Source: a virus (taxonomy: Duplodnaviria; Caudoviricetes). From it: DNA of 64,000 bases. This document shows positions 17,951 to 26,481 of the stretch, piece after piece; the stretch's first letter is position 1, and the number at the start of each line of letters is the position of its first letter. The notes under the pieces were generated by a model. The model was given only the letters and a program-made list of their open reading frames with translations. It was not told where the DNA came from and ran no database searches. Location of the stretch: the IMG/VR virus record IMGVR_UViG_3300009101_000006, positions 3,247 to 67,246 of that record; one strand, given 5' to 3'. The translations under genes were made by a program, and so were the position numbers.

Positions 17951-18139
17951 TCAGTTGAGGTTCAGCGGGACTGTCGTAACGTCCCACTCTGGGCTGCTGC
18001 ACAGCACGTTGACCACCTTCAGCGTCAGGTGCTCGCCGGGCAGGTAGCTCGTGGAATTACGGACGCTGATCACCTGCCACTTCTCGTGGAGGTATCCGAG
18101 CTTGATCGATTTCATCAGACATCGGTTGGGGCTGCTCAT
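17951..18139 (-). CDS. Small hypothetical protein
   Basis: GGAGAA RBS; fills gap. Confidence 0.4.
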   Translation of the reverse strand: MSSPNRCLMKSIKLGYLHEKWQVISVRNSTSYLPGEHLTLKVVNVLCSSPEWDVTTVPLNLN

Positions 18140-18175
18140 GGCTGTTCTCCCGTGGAGCGTGGTGGACACGCGGCT

Positions 18176-18415
18176 TCACGCCGCGCGCTTCGCCGGGGCC
18201 GCCCGCACCAGCCGCACCAGCCCAGCCTCGACGAGGTGGCGGATGGTGCTCGGACGGGCTCCGCGCGTCAGCGCGGTGCGCACCAGCTTGCCGTTGGCGG
18301 CGAGCACCGCCTCGGCGCGATCGTGCGCCCTGCTGCCCTCGCGGCGCGGGTTCTCCTTCTTCACCACCTCGATCTTGTCGGTCTCAGTGATCTCGATCTT
18401 CTTGGTGCTCGTCAT
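18176..18415 (-). CDS. Stand-alone NPRR-type small domain protein (paralogue 4)
   Basis: KIEVVKKENPRREGSRAHDR...GKLVRTALTRGA; GGAGAA RBS. Confidence 0.75.
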   Translation of the reverse strand: MTSTKKIEITETDKIEVVKKENPRREGSRAHDRAEAVLAANGKLVRTALTRGARPSTIRHLVEAGLVRLVRAAPAKRAA

Positions 18416-18630
18416 GGTGGTTCTCCCGTGCTTGGGGTAGTCGTAACAGCCAAGTGGCAGCGTCACGGTGTGTGCTGCCTGCCGTGCTGGGCCGCGCAAG
18501 TCCGCGACTACGTCGCGGGTTGCCGCACGTCATGGGCCGGATGCTCGCCCGAGCATCGTGGAGCGCCGCGCTGCGGCGCTCGTCGATGATCAGTTGGTCG
18601 TGTAGTTGTCGGGGCGGCGATCGGCCGCGA

Positions 18631-19452
18631 TCAGTTCTCCTCTTCCTGAGTAGCGGCGTTCATGCCGTACTTTCTAAGCATGTCCCGGACCCACTTTTCC
18701 GGGTCCCTGAAGCTGTCGCCGAAGAACGCGGCCGGGATAAAGAGCATCTCGGCCGACGGACAGATTACGCGTCTCAGTGCCTCGCCGCTCCATCGTCGCT
18801 CCATTCTCTCGTCGCCGTAGCTCCACGAGCCGCCACCGACCAGAGTCATGCTTATGTTCAAGAGCCCCTGGAACGCCGCGTCTCCGCACAGGAGCGCGGC
18901 AGCGTGGGACAGATCGAGCGGCGCCGTCTGCACGCGCAGGGCGGTCATGTTCATCCTGCTGTGGGAACCCAGCGTGACAAGAATGTACATCTCCACCGGC
19001 CGCACGTTGGAGAGCAGACGCGCGAGAGCCAGCATGGCCGCGCCTCGCTGCGTCCGCATGCCTGCCACGCCGGAAGACCCGGTCAGCTCCAGGAGCATGG
19101 TCAGTGGACCCGTGTGCGTGGTGGCTCGCTCGCGCCGCCGCATGCTGAGCGGGTGCCCCGCCAGCATGGCCGGGACATTGGGGACGCCTCCCACCACGTC
19201 GTTGACTGTGTTCCAGCCCCGACCGGAGAATACGTCGTCCTCGAATTTGGACATGAACTTCTCGGACTTCTCAGCGAGATCGAGATTCCCGTTCAAGAGT
19301 TCGCGGGCTTGGACTGTAGATAAGCCCAGCCGCGATTTCTCTACGGCTTCTTTCAGTTCTTCCCAGTCGTTGAGAACAAGAAAGCGGTCGAAGGCGCTTG
19401 GCTGCGACACCAGCACCTCCGGGATCGAACTCTGTTTAAGAACCCCGATCAT
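18631..19452 (-). CDS. Putative VWA-like partner of MoxR ATPase
   Basis: Coupled to MoxR gene; DVVGGVPNVPAMLAGHPLSM segment and LELTGSSG degenerate MIDAS-like segment. Confidence 0.6.
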   Translation of the reverse strand: MIGVLKQSSIPEVLVSQPSAFDRFLVLNDWEELKEAVEKSRLGLSTVQARELLNGNLDLAEKSEKFMSKFEDDVFSGRGWNTVNDVVGGVPNVPAMLAGHPLSMRRRERATTHTGPLTMLLELTGSSGVAGMRTQRGAAMLALARLLSNVRPVEMYILVTLGSHSRMNMTALRVQTAPLDLSHAAALLCGDAAFQGLLNISMTLVGGGSWSYGDERMERRWSGEALRRVICPSAEMLFIPAAFFGDSFRDPEKWVRDMLRKYGMNAATQEEEN

Positions 19453-20594
19453 CAGATGCTCCCCTCTACCTGCCGACGCTGCTCGGGCTTGAGATTGGCC
19501 AAGTAGGTCATGCTCGCGGCCTCGTCCTGACTGAACCCGCCCGCGATCAGCGCCGCGCCAGCCTGCGCGGCCCGCACGTCGATCATGACCCTGAGTCCGG
19601 CCGCCCGCGCACGCTGGCGCGCGGCGCGCACGCGGTTCAGCCATGGTCCGGCTCCGACGATGGCCTCCTCGAGAACCGGGTCGATGTCCCAGGCGATGCG
19701 AACCGGGAACCGCGACAGGAACGCCGCGTCCAGCTTGGTGGCGCCGCTGTAATTGGCGTCCGCGCCGAGCCCCCACGTGTTCGCCGTGCACGTGATGATG
19801 CAGTCCCGGTGACGCTTCACCTGCTTGTCGGGGAACGTGGCCACGCCGTTCGCGAGGTGCGGGTTCACCGCCAGCAGCGCCACGGGGTCCGAGCGGTCCA
19901 CCTCGTCGAAGGTGTACCATCCACCCTTCTCGTACGCCTCGCGGAACGGCGTGCGGTGGTACTTGCCCGCGCCGTCGATGAAGCCAAGCATCTCGTGCGG
20001 CATGGAGATCGCACCGTTGAAGTGCCACGCCAGACCGAGCGCCTCCGCCGCCTGACGGCATCCCGTGGTCTTGCCGCTGGACGCCTCGCCCTGCATGAAG
20101 ATGCCGGGGGCAAACTCACCGACGCGCGTGGTGGCGGCGCGGATCAGCCGCTCGAACTGCGAGTGGCGCGGCTCGTCCTTCAGCCGACGCGGCTTGCTGC
20201 CCTCGGCGGCGATCGTGATCTCGACCCGACGCGGCACGCGTTTCTCGAGCGCGGTGTCCACGGCCAGCGCGACCGCGCCCGGATCCACGCTCAGTATCCC
20301 GATCTGCTGGATCACCTGATCCACGATCGCGTCGACGTTGATCTGCGGTGCTGGCGCGGCCGTCGCGTTGATATTGATCTGCGCCAGTCCGCGCGAGCGG
20401 CGCTTGGCGCGGTTGAGAAGCCGCCCCACGAACAGGTTCTGCGGCTCGGTCATGAGGCGGCCGGCCTCGGCCCACCGGACGAGGTCCACCGCCTTCGCGT
20501 GGCTTCCGCCCTTGATCAGTCCGGCCTTCTCCTTCTCGAGAAGCACGGGCAACAGCGTCTTGAGCTCCGCGACGGGAGCAGTAAGTTCGGCCAT
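19452..20594 (-). CDS. MoxR/CbbQ/CobS-like AAA+ ATPase
   Basis: GEASSGKT Walker A, TFDEVDR Walker B, TANTWG sensor, KLDAAFLSRF. Confidence 0.9.
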   Translation of the reverse strand: MAELTAPVAELKTLLPVLLEKEKAGLIKGGSHAKAVDLVRWAEAGRLMTEPQNLFVGRLLNRAKRRSRGLAQININATAAPAPQINVDAIVDQVIQQIGILSVDPGAVALAVDTALEKRVPRRVEITIAAEGSKPRRLKDEPRHSQFERLIRAATTRVGEFAPGIFMQGEASSGKTTGCRQAAEALGLAWHFNGAISMPHEMLGFIDGAGKYHRTPFREAYEKGGWYTFDEVDRSDPVALLAVNPHLANGVATFPDKQVKRHRDCIITCTANTWGLGADANYSGATKLDAAFLSRFPVRIAWDIDPVLEEAIVGAGPWLNRVRAARQRARAAGLRVMIDVRAAQAGAALIAGGFSQDEAASMTYLANLKPEQRRQVEGSI

Positions 20595-20685
20595 CGCTCG
20601 GCCTCCGTTGAGGTTGAATGTTAGAAGCACACGCTGGAGCGCCGGGCAGTGCCGGCGCTCGGACTTGTGCTTGTCAGTTCTCCTC

Positions 20686-20901
20686 TCACTTGGCTTGCCA
20701 GCAGCGGGCGCACAAAACGTGCTCCGTGCCGCCGCGCGGCTTGCCCGCGCCGGGCTTGCCGCAGTCCTCGCAGATCACGGCGGCACGAATGCCAGCCTCG
20801 ACGCGCGAGCGCGCCTCGTCCTGCCGCCGCACCGTGTCGAGGCGCAGGGCCTCGAAGCGCGGGTCGGCGCGCAGCCGCTCGAATGCGGTGCGGCTGCTCA
20901 C
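20686..20901 (-). CDS. Small zinc-finger protein
   Basis: CEDC...CARC. Confidence 0.55.
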   Translation of the reverse strand: MSSRTAFERLRADPRFEALRLDTVRRQDEARSRVEAGIRAAVICEDCGKPGAGKPRGGTEHVLCARCWQAK

Positions 20902-20972
20902 TTGCCGCTCCTGTACGACAGGAGTTCCTGCTTGCGCAGGAGGATCAGAATCTGCTTCCGGGTCATTGCCAT
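20898..20972 (-). CDS. Very small ORF (24 aa)
   Basis: RBS within the repeated leader; GTGA coupling to next gene. Confidence 0.35.
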   Translation of the reverse strand: MAMTRKQILILLRKQELLSYRSGK

Positions 20973-21030
20973 CGTTCGGCCCTCTTCTACCTTGCCACCA
21001 TTAGCAAGCCACGGGGCAGCGCTGCTGCCC
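20970..21030 (-). promoter_or_regulatory. Duplicated early-gene leader, copy A
   Basis: Aligns with 21209-21273; includes hairpin ACGGGGCAGC-GCT-GCTGCCCCGT. Confidence 0.6.
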
Positions 21031-21040
21031 CGTCCGTTTG

Positions 21041-21211
21041 CTAAATGTGCATGGTGTCGAAGTGCAGTGTCGTGCCGTCGCAAAGCTCGACCGCGAAGCA
21101 GTGGTTGTCGTTCTTCGTGACGCTTTTCACGACGCGCGCGCCGTGCACGTCGCGCATGTATTCCTCGATACCGCGAATTGCAGCCTCGATAATTTCTTTT
21201 CTTTCGTCCAT
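21041..21211 (-). CDS. Small hypothetical protein
   Basis: MDERKEIIEAAIRG...; AGAGG RBS. Confidence 0.55.
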   Translation of the reverse strand: MDERKEIIEAAIRGIEEYMRDVHGARVVKSVTKNDNHCFAVELCDGTTLHFDTMHI

Positions 21212-21273
21212 CGTTCGGATTCCTCTTCTCACCTTACCACCGTTGGCAAGCCAAGGCGCCGCAGCAGTTGCCC
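21209..21273 (-). promoter_or_regulatory. Duplicated early-gene leader, copy B
   Basis: GCTTGCyAAyGGTGGyAAGGT...GAAGAGG...CCGAACGATG shared with copy A. Confidence 0.6.
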
Positions 21274-21755
21274 GCTGGCGGCGCCGTACGTTTGCCAACT
21301 CCTCGCCCGATTCTCACGAGCCCGCCGGAAACCACCCCGCCCCCGCTGCTTAACCCCATACCCCGGCTTCTCGCACTTGGGGCGGTCGATGGTGCGCGCC
21401 TTAGACGCGCACGGCAGATGTAGGAACGTGTACCGTGTCGGTACGGCGGGGCGGTGCCCCATTTGTGCGGGCCAGTAGCGCCCCCGCCGTGACTTGAGTA
21501 TCCCGCACTGCTACGGGTAGCACAAGGAAAATCTTCCGTGGGCGGCGAAAAATCTTTGGCCCCGGCCCGGCCGGGCCGGGCCGCCGTACCCGTTTTGTAC
21601 CGCTTTTGGGGCACCCGGCCGGGCCGCCGCGGGTGCCACGGCTCCTCCGTGGAGCGCCCGGAGCCCGCCAGGAGCGGCATGATCCGCCGGTACGGCACTC
21701 CGGGGTGGAAGAACAAACTCCTCCGTGCTCCGCCCTGTCCTGAAATATTGTTGCG

Positions 21756-21998
21756 CTACGGTAGGTAGCGCAGGGGCTGCGCCAGTGACTGCTGGGAATC
21801 CGAAAATTCGACAACTTCCATGAGTTCGATGGAAGCATTTCCAAGATTGATTCCGTATCTCGTATACACGTGGGCACTAACTAACAAGTAGTTCTTGTTT
21901 CCTATCCGAGTTATCTGTTGATTCTTTGTCTGTTCGACGAGCGCGTCGAATAGATCCTTGTCGGTCGTCTGTATCGATATCGTGCAGGGTTCACGCAT
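21756..21998 (-). CDS. Hypothetical protein
   Basis: 80-aa ORF overlapping the PolA stop. Confidence 0.55.
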   Translation of the reverse strand: MREPCTISIQTTDKDLFDALVEQTKNQQITRIGNKNYLLVSAHVYTRYGINLGNASIELMEVVEFSDSQQSLAQPLRYLP

Positions 21999-24090
21999 TT
22001 TTTCGCCCTTCCTTCCTTTTCCCCTTCAGTTTCTTCATCGCCTCGGCGAACGTGTGCTTCGCGTCGCCCCAGTTGATGCCCCACTCCGCGTCCACCTGGA
22101 ACGGAACGTCGCACGTATGCACCGTCCTCATGATCTCGACGATCTGTTCACCCTTCTTCTCGTCTAGCAGCGAGAATGACAGTTCGTCGTGCATCTGCAG
22201 GACGGGAATCGCGACGTTCTCGCCGCACTCGACCATCGCCATCTTCATCTGTCGCGCGGCGCTGCCCTGGATGCGTCGGTTCATCGCCTTATGCGTGAAC
22301 GCGCGCCGCAGTCGCTTGCGATGCCACGGATGCCCCTCGGTGCCCGCGCGCTGCTCGGCCTCCTCGCGGCTGCACGGTCCCATGTTCCAGCCCTCCTCGC
22401 GACCGCGTTTCCACTCGCCCCGATCGAGCCACGAGGCCTCCCACTTGTCGAAGTGGCACCGCGCACCGTCGATCAGCTTGATGAATCCGCGCGTGTCGCC
22501 CAGCTTGGCGCACAGCTTGCCGAGCTCCTTCACGAATGGAAGCTCCTCATCGTACGTTCCCATGATGGCGCCCGCCTCCTCGACGGACTTGCTGATCATG
22601 GTCGCGAACTTTGGAATTCCCGCGCCGAACGCCTTCGCAAAGTTGCAGTCCTTCGCGTGTCGCCGACCGAGGCCAGTCCAGTGCACCACCAGATTATGGA
22701 AGTCCGTACTCGGATCGTCCCTGTACAGCTTCGCGGCCGCGCGCGCCTTCGCGAGATTCTCGCGCGCCGCGTCCGCGACGATGAGACGATACTCCTGCTG
22801 CGAGTAGTCAGGCGAGAACCAGAGCTCTCCCTTCTCCGGAACGAACGACGTTCGATATTCCTTCGCGATGTCGGCCGTCAGATCCCAGCCGTCGAACTGC
22901 TCGCCGCGCGACGGCGCCTGCTGAAGGGGCGGGTCCACGATGGAGAACCTGTGACTGCGCGTGCCGCCCTGCTCGGTCTTCCACTGGTTGAACGAGGCGT
23001 GCACGCGGCCCCGATGCGCGAAGTCCAGGAGATAGCTCTGCACGAACTTGTCCGCGACCTCGTGGCACTGCTTCGCCTCGGCGATCAGCCTGGGAAGCCA
23101 GTGCTCCGCGCGCCGCATCCAGCTCTTGTTGAAGCTGGCCACGTCCTCGTCTCGATCCTCGTCGTACTCGGTCTGGTAGCTCTGGCCCTCCTGCTCGAAC
23201 ATCCTCAGGAGCCAGTGGCGCTGTCTTATTTCTTCGAGCGTGGCCGCCCGCCGCAGCCCCAGATGACTCCCCAGCAGATCCAGCGCCCGGTCCCCGCGCG
23301 CACGCAGATCGTCGCGCAGCCGCATGGCGTGGTCCACGTCGATGCGTATGCCGCGCTGTCTCATCGCGCGGATGATGGGGATCAGCCGCATCTCGTAGGC
23401 GTACGCACGCAGAAGTCCCTGCTCGTTGAGCTCCGGCCGCAGGCTGTCCATCAGATCCTGCGTGGACTCGGGATCCTGCTCACCGTACTCGGCGACGTAC
23501 CGAGCCGGGAACCGCCAGATGTTGGCCACCGCGTCCTTCGCCGGGACGCCGTAGATCACCGCGGTCTCTCGCAATTTCTGCGTGTCCTTCCCGGGCACCC
23601 CCCGCCACTCGCAGCATCCGTCGAGACTAAGGTCGTCGCGATTCTCGTCTATTAGAAACGCGGCGGCCGATGCGTCGTGGATCACGCGGGGCGGGGGGAC
23701 GTTCCACTCGGCGCCGATCCAACCTATGTCGTATCCGGCGTTGAAGAAGACGCAGCGCTTCGTCTGGAAGAGATGCTCGATCCAGCGGCCGACCTGCCCG
23801 TGGTCGTGGTTCTGAGTGTCCGGGTGGCGCACGGGCACGTACATCTTGTGACGCTCGCGCCCCTGTCGCCAGGACACGCCCACGCCGCAGACGTAGCCGT
23901 TCTTCGTCGCCCATCCGGGTCCGATCCTGGCCGCGAGTCCGCCGTCCTTGCACTCCGCGTCGATGCCGATCTCGTCGACGCCGGTCAGCGGCGGAAGCTC
24001 TGTTGGCGGCTTCCAGTCGCTGTCCGGCGTGATGAGAGGGATCTGGTTGGGATCCAGGTGCTGCTTGCGTGGTCGAATGATCTTTGTCAT
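21991..24090 (-). CDS. polA: DNA polymerase family A with 3'-5' exonuclease domain
   Basis: IGIDAE (ExoI), PDYSQQEYR (motif A), RRHAKDCNF (motif B), LQMHDELSF (motif C). Confidence 0.95.
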   Translation of the reverse strand: MTKIIRPRKQHLDPNQIPLITPDSDWKPPTELPPLTGVDEIGIDAECKDGGLAARIGPGWATKNGYVCGVGVSWRQGRERHKMYVPVRHPDTQNHDHGQVGRWIEHLFQTKRCVFFNAGYDIGWIGAEWNVPPPRVIHDASAAAFLIDENRDDLSLDGCCEWRGVPGKDTQKLRETAVIYGVPAKDAVANIWRFPARYVAEYGEQDPESTQDLMDSLRPELNEQGLLRAYAYEMRLIPIIRAMRQRGIRIDVDHAMRLRDDLRARGDRALDLLGSHLGLRRAATLEEIRQRHWLLRMFEQEGQSYQTEYDEDRDEDVASFNKSWMRRAEHWLPRLIAEAKQCHEVADKFVQSYLLDFAHRGRVHASFNQWKTEQGGTRSHRFSIVDPPLQQAPSRGEQFDGWDLTADIAKEYRTSFVPEKGELWFSPDYSQQEYRLIVADAARENLAKARAAAKLYRDDPSTDFHNLVVHWTGLGRRHAKDCNFAKAFGAGIPKFATMISKSVEEAGAIMGTYDEELPFVKELGKLCAKLGDTRGFIKLIDGARCHFDKWEASWLDRGEWKRGREEGWNMGPCSREEAEQRAGTEGHPWHRKRLRRAFTHKAMNRRIQGSAARQMKMAMVECGENVAIPVLQMHDELSFSLLDEKKGEQIVEIMRTVHTCDVPFQVDAEWGINWGDAKHTFAEAMKKLKGKRKEGRKNA

Positions 24091-24105
24091 GCACCAAGTC
24101 TAGTT

Positions 24106-24300
24106 CTAGCGAGGGACGTTGGCAAGCGCGGTGTCGATGCTCAGCAGAGTCTGGAGAAGGCTCGACCGGTCGGACGGGCACTCGGTCAGTGCGTCGGCGA
24201 TGCGACGAAGACTGATCGCTGTCGAGATCATCGCCACGATCTCGGTATCATGGATCGAGAGCTTTCTTTCGTTGAAAAGTTTGATCGCATCGGGTTCCAT
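24106..24300 (-). CDS. Small hypothetical protein
   Basis: AISLRRIADAL motif common in phage ORFs. Confidence 0.55.
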   Translation of the reverse strand: MEPDAIKLFNERKLSIHDTEIVAMISTAISLRRIADALTECPSDRSSLLQTLLSIDTALANVPR

Positions 24301-24602
24301 CAGCTCACTCCGTCATCGAAGTTGTCGCACCCGCAGAATATGCACTTGTTCTCGGTCGAGCCGTTGGGAGCGCCGCGCACCCGAATGTGATACACGTGGT
24401 GCGCGATGCCCTCCGCGCGGCAGTGTTCGCTGGAGAAATGGAGATCCGACTCCTGGATTCCAGAGTTCTTGGCGCACTCGCTGCGAAATGTCAGCTCCGC
24501 GGTCTTCACGTCGGCGTCGGCCTGGGTCACGGCGCGACGTTTCTGCCAGATCCTCTCCTGGTGCTGGCGCATCTTGTAGATCATCTCGTAGTTGAGCGGC
24601 AT
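24300..24602 (-). CDS. Hypothetical protein
   Basis: MPLNYEMIY...KCIFCG; coupled. Confidence 0.55.
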   Translation of the reverse strand: MPLNYEMIYKMRQHQERIWQKRRAVTQADADVKTAELTFRSECAKNSGIQESDLHFSSEHCRAEGIAHHVYHIRVRGAPNGSTENKCIFCGCDNFDDGVS

Positions 24603-25720
24603 CACGTTTCGCTCCACTTGGAGTAGTTGGCAGAGAGAACGAACTTGGTCTCGCCCTCGACCCATTCGTACATCGACTTCTGCCACTCCGGCAGTGTGTC
24701 GTGGTGGACAGCGTTGACCTCGCGCTGGAGACACGGGAAAAAGTCTCGGAACTTCTCGGGAACGTCCGCGATCTTTATGACCCACGACTTCAAGTCCTTC
24801 CCGATCAGATACGAGGTGCGCAGCGCGCGCGGCAGAACGTAGGAGTCCACGAAGGGATCGAGGACATAGACATTTGGCGCGCGTAGAGTCCAGAACACCG
24901 CGACGTAGTCGTCCTCGATGTGGTTCTTACGGAACCACTCCGCGGAGACGACGTGTGGTGGACTGTGGACGATCTCCTCTTCGACTGAAGTTCCGTTTGA
25001 CGCGACACCTTCTTCTGGGGTCTGATTCTGGGGGATCATCGAGGCGTGTGTCGTCATCGCCTCCCTCATCGCGCCGCGCTGCCCAGCGTCCACGAAGCGC
25101 TCGCCCTCGGACGAGAAGCGCGGCACCCGGCGCTCTTGCGCCGAGGACTCGTTCCAGTGCTGCTCGCTGAACGGCACGGCGGGCGCGCGCTCGACGACGG
25201 GCTGCGGTTCTATCTGACCTCGCACTGCGAGTCGCGGCACCGCCACCACGCCCCGCGCCATCATCTCGGCCTCGACGAGCATCAGGTAGCGTCGCAGGTC
25301 GCGCACCTCGGCGAGCACGGTGCCGTCGCTGCCGTCCGGGTTCTCCCTGATCCGGGCGAAGATGTTCTCGGACAGGTAGCAGTCGCGCAGGTATTTGAAC
25401 AGATCGTACATCGCCTCGCGCACGCCTGGGAATGCCACGCGCAGATCAGAGCGCGCGGCACCACCTGTCTTCTCATACCTTCCCTCGGCGATTGCCTTCA
25501 GGGAGTCGTCTACGTTCTTCAGATTGAAAACTTCCGGCGTATCGGGCTTCCGCATGAACTCCAGCAGCCTGTCGATCTTCCGCCGCAGCATGAACCACGC
25601 GCTGCGGCCGCCGCTGCGCTTCCAGCTACCGCCGTAGCTGCGGTCCTTCTCGTCGACGTAGCGAACGTCCTCGTCGGCCACGATGCGGATGAAGTCCAGG
25701 TGTCTCATGTCGTGTGTCAC
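24602..25720 (-). CDS. Nmad1/DUF1599-like nucleotide-modification-associated protein with C-terminal extension
   Basis: EKDRSYGGSWKR...RRKIDRL...DLRRYLMLVEA pattern; inside the modification cluster. Confidence 0.7.
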   Translation of the reverse strand: MTHDMRHLDFIRIVADEDVRYVDEKDRSYGGSWKRSGGRSAWFMLRRKIDRLLEFMRKPDTPEVFNLKNVDDSLKAIAEGRYEKTGGAARSDLRVAFPGVREAMYDLFKYLRDCYLSENIFARIRENPDGSDGTVLAEVRDLRRYLMLVEAEMMARGVVAVPRLAVRGQIEPQPVVERAPAVPFSEQHWNESSAQERRVPRFSSEGERFVDAGQRGAMREAMTTHASMIPQNQTPEEGVASNGTSVEEEIVHSPPHVVSAEWFRKNHIEDDYVAVFWTLRAPNVYVLDPFVDSYVLPRALRTSYLIGKDLKSWVIKIADVPEKFRDFFPCLQREVNAVHHDTLPEWQKSMYEWVEGETKFVLSANYSKWSET

Positions 25721-25723
25721 GTG

Positions 25724-25927
25724 CTACTTCTCCAATTGCTTGAGCAGTTCGTCCGTCTCGTCGACGCGCTCCATGTACGCGTCGTACATCTCCACGTTCT
25801 GGCCGCACGTGCGGGCAATCATGTAGAACGCCGTTCGCTGATTGCGAAGTATCTGCTCGATCATCATGAGCTGAAGTGCTCCGTCGTTCAGTTTGAACTT
25901 GATCGGTGGTTTCGATGTCTTCGCCAT
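25724..25927 (-). CDS. Small hypothetical protein
   Basis: GGGAGG RBS, coupled. Confidence 0.55.
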   Translation of the reverse strand: MAKTSKPPIKFKLNDGALQLMMIEQILRNQRTAFYMIARTCGQNVEMYDAYMERVDETDELLKQLEK

Positions 25928-26481
25928 CAGACTCCCTCCCACTTGGTTCTCGTGTTCACGTAGCTCATGATCGCCGGCCGCAGCTCGGGGCTCCTGGACG
26001 CTGCGACCGGGTCGAGCTCCTCGAGTCGCTTGCTGGCGGCCAGGATGCATCGCGCTGCGATCACCCGGCCGTAGCGATTGCCCATGTTCATCTCCCGGAG
26101 TCCGTACTCCCACATCTCGATGAACTCGACGATCTTGAAGACGCTCTCCTCGAACTCGGTGAGCACCTGATCCTTCGGAAGACCGAAGACACGACGCATG
26201 TCGTCACGAACCACGCGCTCAGCCATGTCGTGCGCCGCCTTCATGCCGAAGATACGCTGCTTGAACGGGTACTGCACGTCGCCCGCCATCTCGCCGATGT
26301 CGTGCGTGACGGCGTGCACCAGCATTCTGCGGGGGCAGTCCGGCCACACGGTGAGCAGAATGCGCATGATCTGCGCACTGTGCTCGCCGACGGACTGCCG
26401 TCGATGCACTGGCCACGAGTGATAACGCGTCAGCTCGAGGCCGGCTCTCGGATCCTCCGAGACGTTGAGATCACTGCTCAC
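25927..26481 (-). CDS. HD-domain nucleotidase (YfbR-like)
   Basis: QSVGEHS...HAVTHDIGE...GDV motifs. Confidence 0.85.
   Translation of the reverse strand: MSSDLNVSEDPRAGLELTRYHSWPVHRRQSVGEHSAQIMRILLTVWPDCPRRMLVHAVTHDIGEMAGDVQYPFKQRIFGMKAAHDMAERVVRDDMRRVFGLPKDQVLTEFEESVFKIVEFIEMWEYGLREMNMGNRYGRVIAARCILAASKRLEELDPVAASRSPELRPAIMSYVNTRTKWEGV

Noticed and set aside
17973-18447. Shared 8-mer GTTACGAC upstream of two paralogous genes (minus strand)
   Set aside because: Only two copies, at different distances from the starts; compatible with chance.
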